Shown here in pieces: positions 54,378 to 64,000 of a stretch of 64,000 nucleotides of DNA. The stretch covers positions 2,016,001 through 2,080,000 of the forward strand of contig CAWHFW010000005.1 of NCBI GenBank assembly GCA_963828735.1. Reading direction: 5' to 3'. This stretch comes from an uncultured Gemmatimonadales bacterium (lineage in GTDB: Bacteria; Gemmatimonadota; Gemmatimonadetes; Gemmatimonadales; GWC2-71-9). Within the stretch, counting starts at the first letter, position 1. Every line of letters starts with the position of its first letter. A program made the position numbers and the translations under genes. Below the pieces are notes generated by a model. It was given only the letters and a program-made list of their open reading frames with translations. It was not told where the DNA came from and did no database searches.

Positions 54378-56822
54378 ATGCTCATCTCGGACCTACGCTA
54401 CGCCGTACGCAGCCTCTCCCGCGCGCGCGGGTTCACCCTCGCCGTGGTGCTCACCCTCGGCCTCGGTATCGGCGCAAACACCGCCATCTTCAGCGTCGTT
54501 CGCGGCGTGTTGTTGCGCCCCCTGCCCCACAAGGACGGCGAGCGGCTGGTCTATCTGCGGCATTCCCTACAAGGTCCGGGCGGAGAGAACGTGAACTTCT
54601 CCGTCCCCGAGATCAATGACTTCCGCGAGAGCGCCAAGAGCCTCGCCGGCATCGCCGAGTACTCGGGGATGATCTACACATTGCAGGGGAAGCCGGACGC
54701 GGTTCGCATGACCGTCGGCCTCGTCACGGGCAACTACTTCAACGTGATGGGGCTGTCCGCCGTCGCGGGTCGGTTGCTGACCGACGCCGATGATGGCGTG
54801 AACGTCCCGCCGGTCATGGTCCTCACGCACGAGTACTGGATGAAGCGCTTCGGCGGTGATCGGGGGATCATCGGCCAGCACGTTCGGCTCGGCGGTAAGT
54901 CGGTCCAAATCGTCGGCGTCGTGCAGCCGGCCCCGTACTTCCCGCGCCCGATGGATGCGCTGCTCAACATGGTCATGAGCGAGCACCACACGAGCGCCCT
55001 GATGGTGCAAGGCCGGAGCCATCGCATGACCGAGATGGTCGCGCGACTCGCACCCGGCGCGACCGTGGACCAGGCGAAGGTCGAGGCCGCGACGATCAAC
55101 GCCCGCGTGGTGAAGGCGTATCCTCAGGACTACGATCCGGGGTCGCGGTACGAGATCTCCGTCCTCCCATTTCAGGAAGTCCTCGGCGAGAAGGCAAGGC
55201 TCACGCTGTGGTTGCTCATGGGCGCCGCCGCGTTCGTCATGATCATCTCGAGCGCCAATGTCGCGAATCTGACGCTCATGCGAGCGGTCCGACGCGAGCA
55301 CGAGCTCGTGGTTCGCGCGGCGCTCGGCGCGGGGACCGCTCGGCTCCGCCGCTTGCTGCTCGTCGAGAATCTTGTGCTCGCGTTGACGGGCGCGGTGGTG
55401 GGTCTGCTGATCGCGATCGCTGGCGTTCGGCTGCTCGTCTCGCTGGCCGAGCGCTATTCCCCGCGCGCGAACGAGATTCGGCTGGACGGCATGGTGTTGG
55501 GCTTCACGCTGCTGCTCTCGGTGCTCGTGGCGGTGCTGCTCGCGTTCGCGCCGACGCTCGCCAAGGAAGGATCGTTGGGAGCATGGGTCGCCGCGGGCGC
55601 GAACCGAATGAGCGGTGGTGTCCGCGGTCAGCGCCTGCAACGCGGCCTCGTCGTCGCGCAGATCGCCGTATCGGTCATCCTGTTGACGGGTGCGGGGCTG
55701 CTCACACGCACGATGCTTCAGCTCTCAGAGGTGGACACGGGCCTCACCACCGAGCGGATCCTGACCATGGAAGTGCCGTTCGACTTCGAGGCGCGGAAGG
55801 ACGAGGACGCGAAGGCGCTGTTCGAGCGGATGCAGCTCGAGGTCGCGGCGATTCCGGGAGTGCGCGAGGTCGGCATCGGCTCGACGATGCCGCTCCGTGC
55901 GACCGAGGCCGTGCTCGAAGTGAAGGCGGAAGGACGAGCGCTCGCCAGCGGTGAGGCCATTCCGCGAGCCGATTACCGAACGGTCAGTCCTGGATTCTTT
56001 CATGCGGCCGGCATCCCGTTGATGCAGGGACGCGAGTTCGCGGAGACCGACACGAAGCAGGCGGCGCGAGTGGTGATCCTCAACAAGACGCTCGCTTCCA
56101 GGCTCTTTCCGAACCGCGACCCGATTGGACAGCGCGTGGCGTGGACGGGCGAGGTGCTCAAGTTCATCGGCCTGAGCGACGAGTGGCGTACGGTGGTCGG
56201 CGTGGTCGGTGACACGAAAGACGGCGGACTCGACGCCGCGCCCCGCGGCGCGCTGTTCCAGCCAATGAAGCAGGAAGCGATGTTCGGCGGCGGTCTCGTG
56301 ATTCGCTCAGAGCGTGATCCGGCCACACTCGCGCCGGCCGCGACTCGCATCGTGCGGAGCATCGTGCCGAACGATCCGATCGAGAACGTGCTCACCATCG
56401 GCCAGATCAAGGATCAGAGCGTCGCCCCTCGGCGACTGAATGCGGTGCTGGTGTCGTCGTTCGGCGTCCTGGCGGCGATCATTGCGGCAGTCGGCATCGC
56501 CGGCGTGCTGGCGTTCTCGGTGAGCGCGCGGACGAACGAGATCGGCATCCGCATGAGCCTTGGCGCGGACAGCGCGCGGGTGCAGCGCATGGTATTGGCG
56601 GAGGGCGGGATCCTGCTGGTCTATGGCTTGGTGCTGGGGGTCGCGGGCGCCCTGACCGGCACCCGGCTGATCCGCGGACTACTGTTCGGCGTCGCGCCGA
56701 ACGACCCGATCACGCTGGTGGCCGTGGCATTGATGATGGTGGTGGTGGGGGTGGCGGCGTGCTGGCTGCCGGCGGTTCGCGCGGCTCGGATCGATCCTGC
56801 GGTGGCGATCAGAAGGCAATAG
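54378..56822 (+). CDS. ADOP/MacB-FtsX duplicated ABC permease
   Basis: [44 protein letters not shown]. Confidence 0.92.
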   Translation: MLISDLRYAVRSLSRARGFTLAVVLTLGLGIGANTAIFSVVRGVLLRPLPHKDGERLVYLRHSLQGPGGENVNFSVPEINDFRESAKSLAGIAEYSGMIYTLQGKPDAVRMTVGLVTGNYFNVMGLSAVAGRLLTDADDGVNVPPVMVLTHEYWMKRFGGDRGIIGQHVRLGGKSVQIVGVVQPAPYFPRPMDALLNMVMSEHHTSALMVQGRSHRMTEMVARLAPGATVDQAKVEAATINARVVKAYPQDYDPGSRYEISVLPFQEVLGEKARLTLWLLMGAAAFVMIISSANVANLTLMRAVRREHELVVRAALGAGTARLRRLLLVENLVLALTGAVVGLLIAIAGVRLLVSLAERYSPRANEIRLDGMVLGFTLLLSVLVAVLLAFAPTLAKEGSLGAWVAAGANRMSGGVRGQRLQRGLVVAQIAVSVILLTGAGLLTRTMLQLSEVDTGLTTERILTMEVPFDFEARKDEDAKALFERMQLEVAAIPGVREVGIGSTMPLRATEAVLEVKAEGRALASGEAIPRADYRTVSPGFFHAAGIPLMQGREFAETDTKQAARVVILNKTLASRLFPNRDPIGQRVAWTGEVLKFIGLSDEWRTVVGVVGDTKDGGLDAAPRGALFQPMKQEAMFGGGLVIRSERDPATLAPAATRIVRSIVPNDPIENVLTIGQIKDQSVAPRRLNAVLVSSFGVLAAIIAAVGIAGVLAFSVSARTNEIGIRMSLGADSARVQRMVLAEGGILLVYGLVLGVAGALTGTRLIRGLLFGVAPNDPITLVAVALMMVVVGVAACWLPAVRAARIDPAVAIRRQ

Positions 56823-56880
56823 AATGCACGGCGGGAGCGGCGGGATTGGTTGAGCGTGCCGTAGAGGACCGGCGGTAAAG

Positions 56881-56968
56881 GGGCGGGGGCGCTGACGCGC
56901 CGGCGGGAGCGGACCTCCAAGCGCCACCCCGCCGGGCGCGGCCCCCCGCCGGGCGCAGCCCACCCGCC
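56881..56968. repeat. GC-rich REP-like element (family also at 58005, 60097, 61432)
   Basis: GGCGGGGGCGCTGACGC and GCCGGGCGCAGCCCACCCGC modules shared with 61432-61542. Confidence 0.75.
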
Positions 56969-57006
56969 GCCCCATTCCTGGATTCGGCGCGCGCGAGACT
57001 TGAGCC

Positions 57007-58071
57007 TCAGGGCACGCGCCCCTCGAGGATCGTCGCCAGCCGCGCCGGATCGAGGTTGCCGCCCGAGACGACGCAGACCACCGGGCCCTCCGGGCGCGGC
57101 ACGGCCGCTCCGCCCGGGCCCGTGGCCGGGCGGCCGGCGAATGCGGCGGCCAGCGACGCGGCTCCCGCGCCCTCGGCGACAACGCGCGCCCGCGTGACGA
57201 GGAGGCGGATCGCGGCGGCGATTTCCTCGAGCCCGACGACGAAGCTTCCGGCGAGCAGGGTAGAGGCGAGCGGCCACATCTCGGCGAGGATGCCGCGCCC
57301 GCCGATGCCGTCGACGAAGCTCGGCCGGTAGTCGATCGCGGTGGGCGCGCCGGCGGCGAGCGCGGGCGCCAGCGGGGCCGCGGTCTCGACTTCGCAGGCG
57401 AACGTCGGGGCGGTGGATCCGGTCGCGCGCACACCGGCGGCGATGCCGCTCGACAGCCCGCCGCCGCCGTACGGCACGAGGACGCTCGCGACCGCGGGGA
57501 GGTCCTCGAGGATCTCGAGCCCGATCGTCGCGTTGCCCGCGATCACGGCCGGGTCACTCACCGGGTGGATGAAGCGCCCCGTCATGCCCTCGTAGCCCCG
57601 CTCGACCAGCACCTGCCACCAGCGCTCGAACGGCACCGGAACGATGCGCGCGCCGAGGCGCTCGATCGCGTCCAGCTTGGCCCGCGGCGCGTGGTCGGGG
57701 ACGACGACGGCGCACGGCACGCCGGCCGCGCGGGCGCACCAGGCGACCCCCTGGGCCATGTTGCCGGCGCTCGCGGTGTAGACGCCGCGCGCCAGCTCGT
57801 CGCGCGGGATCAGGCCCATCGCGCTGGCGGCGCCGCGGATCTTGAACGAGCCGATCGGCTGGAGCGTCTCGAGCTTGAGCCAGGTCTCGGGTTCACCCGG
57901 CTCCGGCGGAAGGCGGAGCAGCGGCGTGCGCAGGGCGATGCCCTGGATGCGCCCGCGGGCGGCGAGGACCTCCTCGCGCGTCGGTGGATGGAGCACGGGC
58001 GGTAGCCCACCCGCCGGGCCCCGCCCACCCGCCGGCGCAGCCCCCGCCCGGTCCGGCGGCGCGGGCGTCAT
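57007..58071 (-). CDS. Threonine/serine dehydratase family PLP enzyme
   Basis: KLETLQPIGSFKIRGA, SAGNMAQG, GGGGL, SGGN. Alternative GTG start at 57996. Confidence 0.9.
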   Translation of the reverse strand: MTPAPPDRAGAAPAGGRGPAGGLPPVLHPPTREEVLAARGRIQGIALRTPLLRLPPEPGEPETWLKLETLQPIGSFKIRGAASAMGLIPRDELARGVYTASAGNMAQGVAWCARAAGVPCAVVVPDHAPRAKLDAIERLGARIVPVPFERWWQVLVERGYEGMTGRFIHPVSDPAVIAGNATIGLEILEDLPAVASVLVPYGGGGLSSGIAAGVRATGSTAPTFACEVETAAPLAPALAAGAPTAIDYRPSFVDGIGGRGILAEMWPLASTLLAGSFVVGLEEIAAAIRLLVTRARVVAEGAGAASLAAAFAGRPATGPGGAAVPRPEGPVVCVVSGGNLDPARLATILEGRVP

Positions 58072-59072
58072 GCGAGATCCGCCGGGCCGCCCCACTCGAG
58101 CCACGTTCCGCCGCCGGAGGTGACCGCGCTCCGGTGGATGTAGTGCGCCGCGGCGAGGTCCTCGATCGCGATGCCGAGCGACTCGTAGACCGTGATGTCG
58201 TCGCGCGACACCCGCCCGGGGACCTTGCCGAGGAACACGTCGCCCATCTCGCCGAGCAGGTGATCGTCGCCGATCGCGCCCTCGGCGCGGGCGAGCCGGA
58301 AGTCGCCGGACTCGTTGAGGCACGACTCGCGGCAATCGGTGAAGACGCGCGCCCGGCGGACGGCCTCGGTGTCGAGCTCGCGGCTGGACGGGAAGCACGC
58401 GCCGACCGCGTTGACGTGGGCACCGGGCGCGAGCCACGCGCCCTCGAGGATGGGCTCGCGCGCCGCGGTCGTGGTGCAGACCAGGTCGGCGTTGCGCACG
58501 GCGTCCTCGGCGCGGCCCGCCACCTCGATCGGGATGCCTGCGCGCGCGCTCTCCTCGCGTGCGAAGTGCTCGGCGTGGGCCCGCGTGCGGCTCCACACGC
58601 GGACGCGGCGCAGCGGGCGCACGTTGCGCATCGCCGCCAGGTGGCTGCGCGACTGCGTGCCCGCGCCGAGGAGCGCCAGGTCGCCGGCATCGTGCCGCGC
58701 CAGCGCGTCGGTGGCGGCGGCGGACGCCGCGGCGGTGCGGATTGCGGTGATCGCCGTCGCGTCGATGATCGCCAGCGGCTCGCCGTGCGCGATCCCGAAG
58801 AGCATCACGACGCCCTGGTGCGAGTCGTACAGCGTGCCGTGGTTGCCGGGCATGACCGAAACGACCTTCAGGCCGAAGCTCTGCGGCGCGCCGAGGTAGC
58901 CCGGCATGAGCCCGAGGAGGCCCGAGCCGTCGGGCAGGCGCAGCATGCTGCGCAGCGGCTGCACCGCCTCGCCCCGGGCCAGCGTGGCAAGCGCCTCGCG
59001 CATGAGGAGGATGCACATCTCCATGGGGAGGAGCTCGCGGACGCCCGCCTCGTTGACGAACAGGACCTTCAC
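58068..59072 (-). CDS. Ornithine cyclodeaminase / mu-crystallin family
   Basis: GLKVVSV, ITAIRTAAASA, GAGTQ, HVNAVGA, SLGIAIEDLAAA. Confidence 0.92.
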   Translation of the reverse strand: MKVLFVNEAGVRELLPMEMCILLMREALATLARGEAVQPLRSMLRLPDGSGLLGLMPGYLGAPQSFGLKVVSVMPGNHGTLYDSHQGVVMLFGIAHGEPLAIIDATAITAIRTAAASAAATDALARHDAGDLALLGAGTQSRSHLAAMRNVRPLRRVRVWSRTRAHAEHFAREESARAGIPIEVAGRAEDAVRNADLVCTTTAAREPILEGAWLAPGAHVNAVGACFPSSRELDTEAVRRARVFTDCRESCLNESGDFRLARAEGAIGDDHLLGEMGDVFLGKVPGRVSRDDITVYESLGIAIEDLAAAHYIHRSAVTSGGGTWLEWGGPADLA

Positions 59073-60049
59073 GCCCGTGTCTCCGCCGCGCCCGGCGCGA
59101 ACAGGGCGAGCACGCATTCGGGATCGACGTTGCCGCCGGAGACGATCGAGACGACGCGCGTCCCGGCGGGCAGCTTCACGCGGCCGGCGAGCAGTGCGGC
59201 CGTCGCCGCGGCACCCGAGCCCTCGACATACAGCTTGGCGCGGACGAGCAGTGCGCGCATCGCCTCGCGGATCTCCTCCTCGGTGACCAGCACGACCTCG
59301 TCGAGCACGTCGCGCGCGACCTCGAGCGGGATCGCGCCGACGAACGGCGGCGTGAGGCCGTCGGCGATCGTCCCCGCGGGACGGGGGACGGGCACCGCCT
59401 TGCCGGCGGCGAGCGACGGGGTCATGCCCGGCCCGGCCTCGAGCTCGACGCCGACGACCCGGCAGCCGGGCACGAGCGCCTTCACCGCGCAGGCGACGCC
59501 GGCCATCAGCCCGCCGCCACCGATCGGCACGATCACGCACTCGACGTCGGGCACCTGCTCGACGATCTCGAGGCCGACCGTTCCCGCCCCAGCGAGCCCG
59601 ACCGGGTCGTCGAACGGGTGGACGAACGTCGCTCCGGTGCGGGCCTCCTCCTCGCGGAGGCGGTCGAACAGCGTCGCGCGATCCGCGTGGGCGACGATCG
59701 TCGCGCCGTAGCTGTGGACGGCATCGGTCTTCGAGCGAGGTGCGTCTGCCGGCATGACGACCGTCGCCGGCACACCGACGACGCGCGCCGCCCACGCGAC
59801 GGCCTGCGCGTGGTTGCCGGCCGACACGGTGACCAGGCCGCGCGCGCGCCGCGCCTGGTCGAGCGACAGCACGACGTTGAGCGCCCCGCGCGGCTTGAAC
59901 GAGCCGGTCTTCTGGAAGCTTTCGCACTTGAGGTCGAGGCGCACGCCGGCCCGCTCCCCGAGGGTGCGCGAGGAAAGCATGGGCGTGCGGTGGAGGTGCG
60001 GCGCAGTGCCGGCGGCGGCTTCGCGAATGGCGTCGAGCGGGATGCGCAT
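59069..60049 (-). CDS. Threonine/serine dehydratase family PLP enzyme
   Basis: KCESFQKTGSFKPRGA, SAGNHAQA, GGGGL, SGGN. Confidence 0.92.
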   Translation of the reverse strand: MRIPLDAIREAAAGTAPHLHRTPMLSSRTLGERAGVRLDLKCESFQKTGSFKPRGALNVVLSLDQARRARGLVTVSAGNHAQAVAWAARVVGVPATVVMPADAPRSKTDAVHSYGATIVAHADRATLFDRLREEEARTGATFVHPFDDPVGLAGAGTVGLEIVEQVPDVECVIVPIGGGGLMAGVACAVKALVPGCRVVGVELEAGPGMTPSLAAGKAVPVPRPAGTIADGLTPPFVGAIPLEVARDVLDEVVLVTEEEIREAMRALLVRAKLYVEGSGAAATAALLAGRVKLPAGTRVVSIVSGGNVDPECVLALFAPGAAETRA

Positions 60050-60140
60050 GGTGCGGCGAAGCTGGCAGGCGGTGGCGACGGTGTCAAGGCGAAAAAGCGG
60101 GGGCGCTGACGCGCCGGCGCAGCCCCCGCCCATGCCCGCC

Positions 60141-60175
60141 GCTTGACAGCCGCCAGTCATCTTCGTCTTATGTTC
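60141..60175 (+). promoter_or_regulatory. dinB promoter region with candidate LexA box
   Basis: TTGACA at 60143; CTTC-N7-GTTC at 60161-60175, just before the ATG. Confidence 0.6.
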
Positions 60176-60178
60176 GCC

Positions 60179-61423
60179 ATGGACACGGCCACAATCCTTC
60201 ACGCGGACCTGGACGCGTTCTACGCCTCCGTCGAGCAGATGCTCGATCCGTCCCTCAAGGGCAAGCCGATCGCAGTCGGGGGCGGCGTGGTGCTCGCGGC
60301 GTCCTACGAAGCGAAGGCCTTCGGTGTCCACGGCGGCATGCCGGGTCGGCGGGCGCGAGAGCTTTGCCCCGACCTGGTCTTCGTCGGGGGGCACTTCAAG
60401 GAGTACCAACGGCTCGGCGACGCCGCGATCAGGGTACTGGGCGACTTCACGCCGCTGGTCGAGCGGATCTCGATCGACGAGGCGTTCGCCGACGTCGCAG
60501 GCTGCACGCACCTCTTCGGCACGCCGGCCGAGATCGCCGGAGCGATCCGCCGACGCGTGCGCGACGAGCTGGCCCTTCCCATCTCCGTCGGCGTCGCCAG
60601 CACAAAACACCTCGCCAAGATCGCCTCGCAGGTCGCCAAACCTGACGGGCTGGTTGTCGTCGACCCGGGGACCGAGCTCGCCTTTCTTCATGTTTTGCCG
60701 GTGGAGATGATGTGGGGCGTCGGCCCGGCGACGAGGGCGCGACTCGCCGAACGCGGCATCGCTACCATCGGCGACCTGGCGAAGAGCTCCCCAGGCGCGA
60801 TTGCCAGCCTTCTCGGCCCTGCCGCGGGCGAGAGGCTGGCCGCCCTCGCCTGGAACCGCGATCCTCGCGCCATCCGGACCCATGTCCACGCCCACTCGGT
60901 TGGAGCGCAATCGGCGCTCGGCCGAAGGCCCGTCGAGGACCCGGTCATCCGCCCCGCGCTCCGCCACCTTGCCGACCGGGTCGGCTCGCGCCTCAGGGCG
61001 AAGGGCAAGTCCGGGCGGACCGTGACGGTGCGGGTGCGCTTCGGCAACCTCCGCTCGGTGACACACGCCGTGACGCTGCCGCAACCCGTCGCCGCGACGG
61101 CCATCCTGGCGGAGATCGCCGAGGACCTGGTGCGAGCTGTCCTCAGGAGCCATCCCGAAGAGCGCGCGATCTCCCTGCTTGCCATCTCGGTCTCGCATAT
61201 CGAGGAGCAGCCGGTGGTGCAGCTCGATCTGCCGCTCGGCCTCGCGGACGAGGCCCGGCGCCCGGGCGCCACGAGAGGAATGGCGCACCTCCTCGCGGAC
61301 CGCGCCATCGACGCTATTCGCGACCGTTTCGGCTGGGAATCCGTCGGATATGCCTCGGTGGCGCTGGATGCCAGGCGCTCGGTTCCCGACGCGTTTCGGG
61401 AGCTGGCGGAGAGGGAGTTGTAG
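60179..61423 (+). CDS. dinB: DNA polymerase IV
   Basis: ILHADLDAFYASVE, AASYEAK, SIDEAF, AKIAS...KPDG. Confidence 0.95.
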   Translation: MDTATILHADLDAFYASVEQMLDPSLKGKPIAVGGGVVLAASYEAKAFGVHGGMPGRRARELCPDLVFVGGHFKEYQRLGDAAIRVLGDFTPLVERISIDEAFADVAGCTHLFGTPAEIAGAIRRRVRDELALPISVGVASTKHLAKIASQVAKPDGLVVVDPGTELAFLHVLPVEMMWGVGPATRARLAERGIATIGDLAKSSPGAIASLLGPAAGERLAALAWNRDPRAIRTHVHAHSVGAQSALGRRPVEDPVIRPALRHLADRVGSRLRAKGKSGRTVTVRVRFGNLRSVTHAVTLPQPVAATAILAEIAEDLVRAVLRSHPEERAISLLAISVSHIEEQPVVQLDLPLGLADEARRPGATRGMAHLLADRAIDAIRDRFGWESVGYASVALDARRSVPDAFRELAEREL

Positions 61424-61431
61424 GGAGGTCG

Positions 61432-61542
61432 GGCGGGGGCGCTGACGCCCCGGCTGGAGCGGCGGGGAACGGCCACCTCCAATTAGCACTCCGCCGTTCC
61501 CGCCGGGCGCAGCCCACCCGCTGGCGCGTCAGCGCCCCCGCC
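61432..61542. repeat. REP/MITE-like element with perfect 17-bp terminal inverted repeats
   Basis: GGCGGGGGCGCTGACGC (61432-61448) and GCGTCAGCGCCCCCGCC (61526-61542). Confidence 0.85.
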
Positions 61543-61590
61543 GTGTCGGCTGCCACCTCCGGCGCCCTCGGATCGCGATAGCTTCGCCGG

Positions 61591-64000
61591 ATGACCACTC
61601 ACGACGGCTTCGTCCACGTCCGCGGCGCCCGGGTCCACAACCTCAAGAACGTCGACGTCCGGATCCCTCGCGACGCCCTGGTCGTCTTCACCGGCGTCTC
61701 AGGCTCGGGCAAGTCGTCGCTCGCCTTCGGCACCCTCTACGCCGAGGCGCAGCGGCGCTACCTCGAGTCCGTGGCGCCGTACGCGCGGCGGCTGTTCCAC
61801 CAGGTGGCCGTGCCAGAGGTGGACGGGATCGACGGCCTCCCGCCCGCGGTCGCCCTCCAGCAGCAGCGCGGTGCGCCGACCACCCGCTCCTCGGTCGGGA
61901 GCGTCACCACGCTCTCGAACCTCCTTCGCATGCTGTACTCGCGCGCGGGAGACTACCCCCGCGGCCAGGGCATCATCTACGCCGAGGGCTTCTCGCCCAA
62001 CACCGTCGAGGGCGCGTGCCCGCGGTGTCACGGGCTCGGCCGGATCTACGACGTCACCGAGCGGAGCATGGTGCCGGACGACACGCTCACCATCCGCGAG
62101 CGGGCGATCGCCTCCTGGCCGCCGGCGTGGCACGGCCAGAACCAGCGCGACATTCTCGTCACCCTCGGCTACGACGTGGATCGGCCATGGCGCGAGCTGC
62201 CCAAGGAGGACCGCGACTGGATCCTCTACACGGAGGAAACGCCCACCGTCCCGGTCTACGCCGGCTACACCCCGGCCGAGACGCGCCGAGCCCTCAAGCG
62301 GAAGGAGGAGCCGAGCTATATGGGCACCTTCTCCGGCGCGCGGCAGTACGTGCTCGAGACCTTCGCCAAGACCGAGAGCGCCCAGATGAGGAAGCGCGTC
62401 TCGCGCTACATGGTGAGCACCGAGTGCCCCGTCTGCCACGGCAAGCGCCTCCGGCCAGAGGCGCTTGAGGTCAAGTTCGCCGGCCTCGACATCGCCGACA
62501 TGTCCCGCCGGCCGCTGAAGCGTATGGCCGAGATCTTCGCACCGTACGCGGCGGAGACGGCGCCCGGCTTCCAGCGGCTCAAGGAGGAGCACCCGGAGAA
62601 GGCGATGGTCGCCTGCCGGATCGCGAAGGATCTCGTCGCCCGGCTCGAGGTGCTGATGGAGCTGGGCCTCGGCTACCTCTCGCTCGAGCGCAGCACGCCC
62701 ACACTCTCGCCCGGCGAGCTCCAGCGCCTCCGGCTCGGCACGCAGGTCCACAGCAACCTCTTCGGCGTGGTCTACGTGCTCGACGAGCCCTCGGCGGGCC
62801 TGCACCGGTTGGACACCGAGGCGCTGCTCCGGACGATCGATCGCCTCAAGGCCGCGGGCAATACCATTTTCGTCGTCGAGCACGAGCTCGACGTCATGCG
62901 CCACGCCGACTGGATCGTGGACGTCGGGCCGGACGCCGGCCAGCACGGGGGCGAGGTGCTCTACAGCGGGCCGGTCGAGGGGCTCCGCGAGGTGAAGGAG
63001 TCGCGCACCCGCGAGTACCTCTTCGGCGAGCGCCGCCCGGCGCCGCGCGAGCCGCGGCAGCCCAGCGGCTGGCTCCGCCTCGAGGGCGTCACCCGGAACA
63101 ACCTGCGCGACCTGCACGTCTCCTTTCCGCTCGGCGTGTTCACCACGGTGACCGGGGTCTCGGGCTCGGGCAAGTCGAGTCTGGTCAGCCAGGCGCTGGT
63201 GGAGCTGGTCCAGCGACACCTTGGGCACGAGGTGGAGTCGCCGGAGGACGAGGCCCCGGAGCTGGAGCGTGGCCCGGTCGAGCCGACGGGCGGCCATATA
63301 GTGGAAGGGATGGAGGGCATCCGCCGGCTGGTGATGGTGGACCAGAAGCCGATCGGCCGCACCCCCCGCTCCAACCTGGCGACCTACACTGGCCTGTTCG
63401 ACGGTGTCCGGAAGCTCTTCGCCGCGACCAGGCAGGCGCGGTCGCGGAAGTACGATGCGGGGCGGTTCTCCTTCAACGTCGCCAAGGGCCGATGCGAGAC
63501 CTGCGAGGGCGAGGGCTTCGTGATGGTCGAGCTCCTCTTCCTGCCGAGCGTGTACGCCCCGTGCCCGACGTGCCACGGGTCGCGCTACAATGCGCGGACG
63601 CTCGAGGTGAGGTACAAGGAGCGGAACATCGCCGAGGTGCTGGCGATGACGGTGGACGAGGCGGCGGCGTTCTTCGCGGAGGCGGCCGGGGTGAGCCGGT
63701 CACTGGCGATGCTGCGGAGCGTCGGCGTCGGCTACCTGCGCCTCGGCCAGCCGGCGACGGAGCTGTCCGGCGGCGAGGCCCAGCGGATCAAGCTGGCCAC
63801 GGAGCTGCAGCGCCCCGCCCGCGGTGACACGCTCTACATCCTGGACGAACCGACCACGGGGCTGCATCCGGCGGACGTCGAGAAGCTGGTGGCGCAGCTC
63901 GATGGGCTGGTGGAGGCGGGGAATTCCGTGATAGTCGTGGAGCACGACATGTCGGTCGTGGCGCAGAGCGACTGGGTGGTCGACGTGGGGCCGGGGGCGG
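61591..64000 (+). CDS. uvrA: Class II UvrA-like protein (DrrC-like), runs off the window end
   Basis: Manual translation: [29 protein letters not shown] twice, [20 protein letters not shown]. Missing from the ORF track because it has no stop in the window. Confidence 0.93.
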   Translation, partial: MTTHDGFVHVRGARVHNLKNVDVRIPRDALVVFTGVSGSGKSSLAFGTLYAEAQRRYLESVAPYARRLFHQVAVPEVDGIDGLPPAVALQQQRGAPTTRSSVGSVTTLSNLLRMLYSRAGDYPRGQGIIYAEGFSPNTVEGACPRCHGLGRIYDVTERSMVPDDTLTIRERAIASWPPAWHGQNQRDILVTLGYDVDRPWRELPKEDRDWILYTEETPTVPVYAGYTPAETRRALKRKEEPSYMGTFSGARQYVLETFAKTESAQMRKRVSRYMVSTECPVCHGKRLRPEALEVKFAGLDIADMSRRPLKRMAEIFAPYAAETAPGFQRLKEEHPEKAMVACRIAKDLVARLEVLMELGLGYLSLERSTPTLSPGELQRLRLGTQVHSNLFGVVYVLDEPSAGLHRLDTEALLRTIDRLKAAGNTIFVVEHELDVMRHADWIVDVGPDAGQHGGEVLYSGPVEGLREVKESRTREYLFGERRPAPREPRQPSGWLRLEGVTRNNLRDLHVSFPLGVFTTVTGVSGSGKSSLVSQALVELVQRHLGHEVESPEDEAPELERGPVEPTGGHIVEGMEGIRRLVMVDQKPIGRTPRSNLATYTGLFDGVRKLFAATRQARSRKYDAGRFSFNVAKGRCETCEGEGFVMVELLFLPSVYAPCPTCHGSRYNARTLEVRYKERNIAEVLAMTVDEAAAFFAEAAGVSRSLAMLRSVGVGYLRLGQPATELSGGEAQRIKLATELQRPARGDTLYILDEPTTGLHPADVEKLVAQLDGLVEAGNSVIVVEHDMSVVAQSDWVVDVGPGA

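Overview
High-GC bacterial window. The gene repertoire (many Hanks-type kinase-TolB_N-TPR or beta-propeller receptors, PadR plus ADOP permeases, a BTAD regulator) points to Gemmatimonadota; this is inference only. 1-34 kb is a signalling-rich accessory region with seven Ser/Thr kinase-family genes, lipoprotein/outer-membrane genes, padR-ADOP and leuS. 35-41 kb holds lipid-metabolism genes. 41-52 kb is a divergent paa cluster with an aminotransferase, a 2-oxoacid dehydrogenase E1/E2 and a truncated paaK. 52-64 kb holds a TolB-like lipoprotein, a mosaic of duplicated fragments with an IS91-like remnant, an ADOP permease, a dehydratase-cyclodeaminase-dehydratase operon, dinB and a class II uvrA. 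The best candidate for a new system is a translationally coupled operon of an active receptor kinase, a paralogous receptor pseudokinase and a wHTH-BTAD-AAA regulator (8401-15913). The four flanking exported-protein genes and one distant lipoprotein gene share an 11-bp-period KTGA-N7-KTGA motif placed 10-11 nt before a -10-like hexamer, a SARP-like promoter layout. Several single-base frameshifts, one of them in leuS, are most likely sequencing errors.
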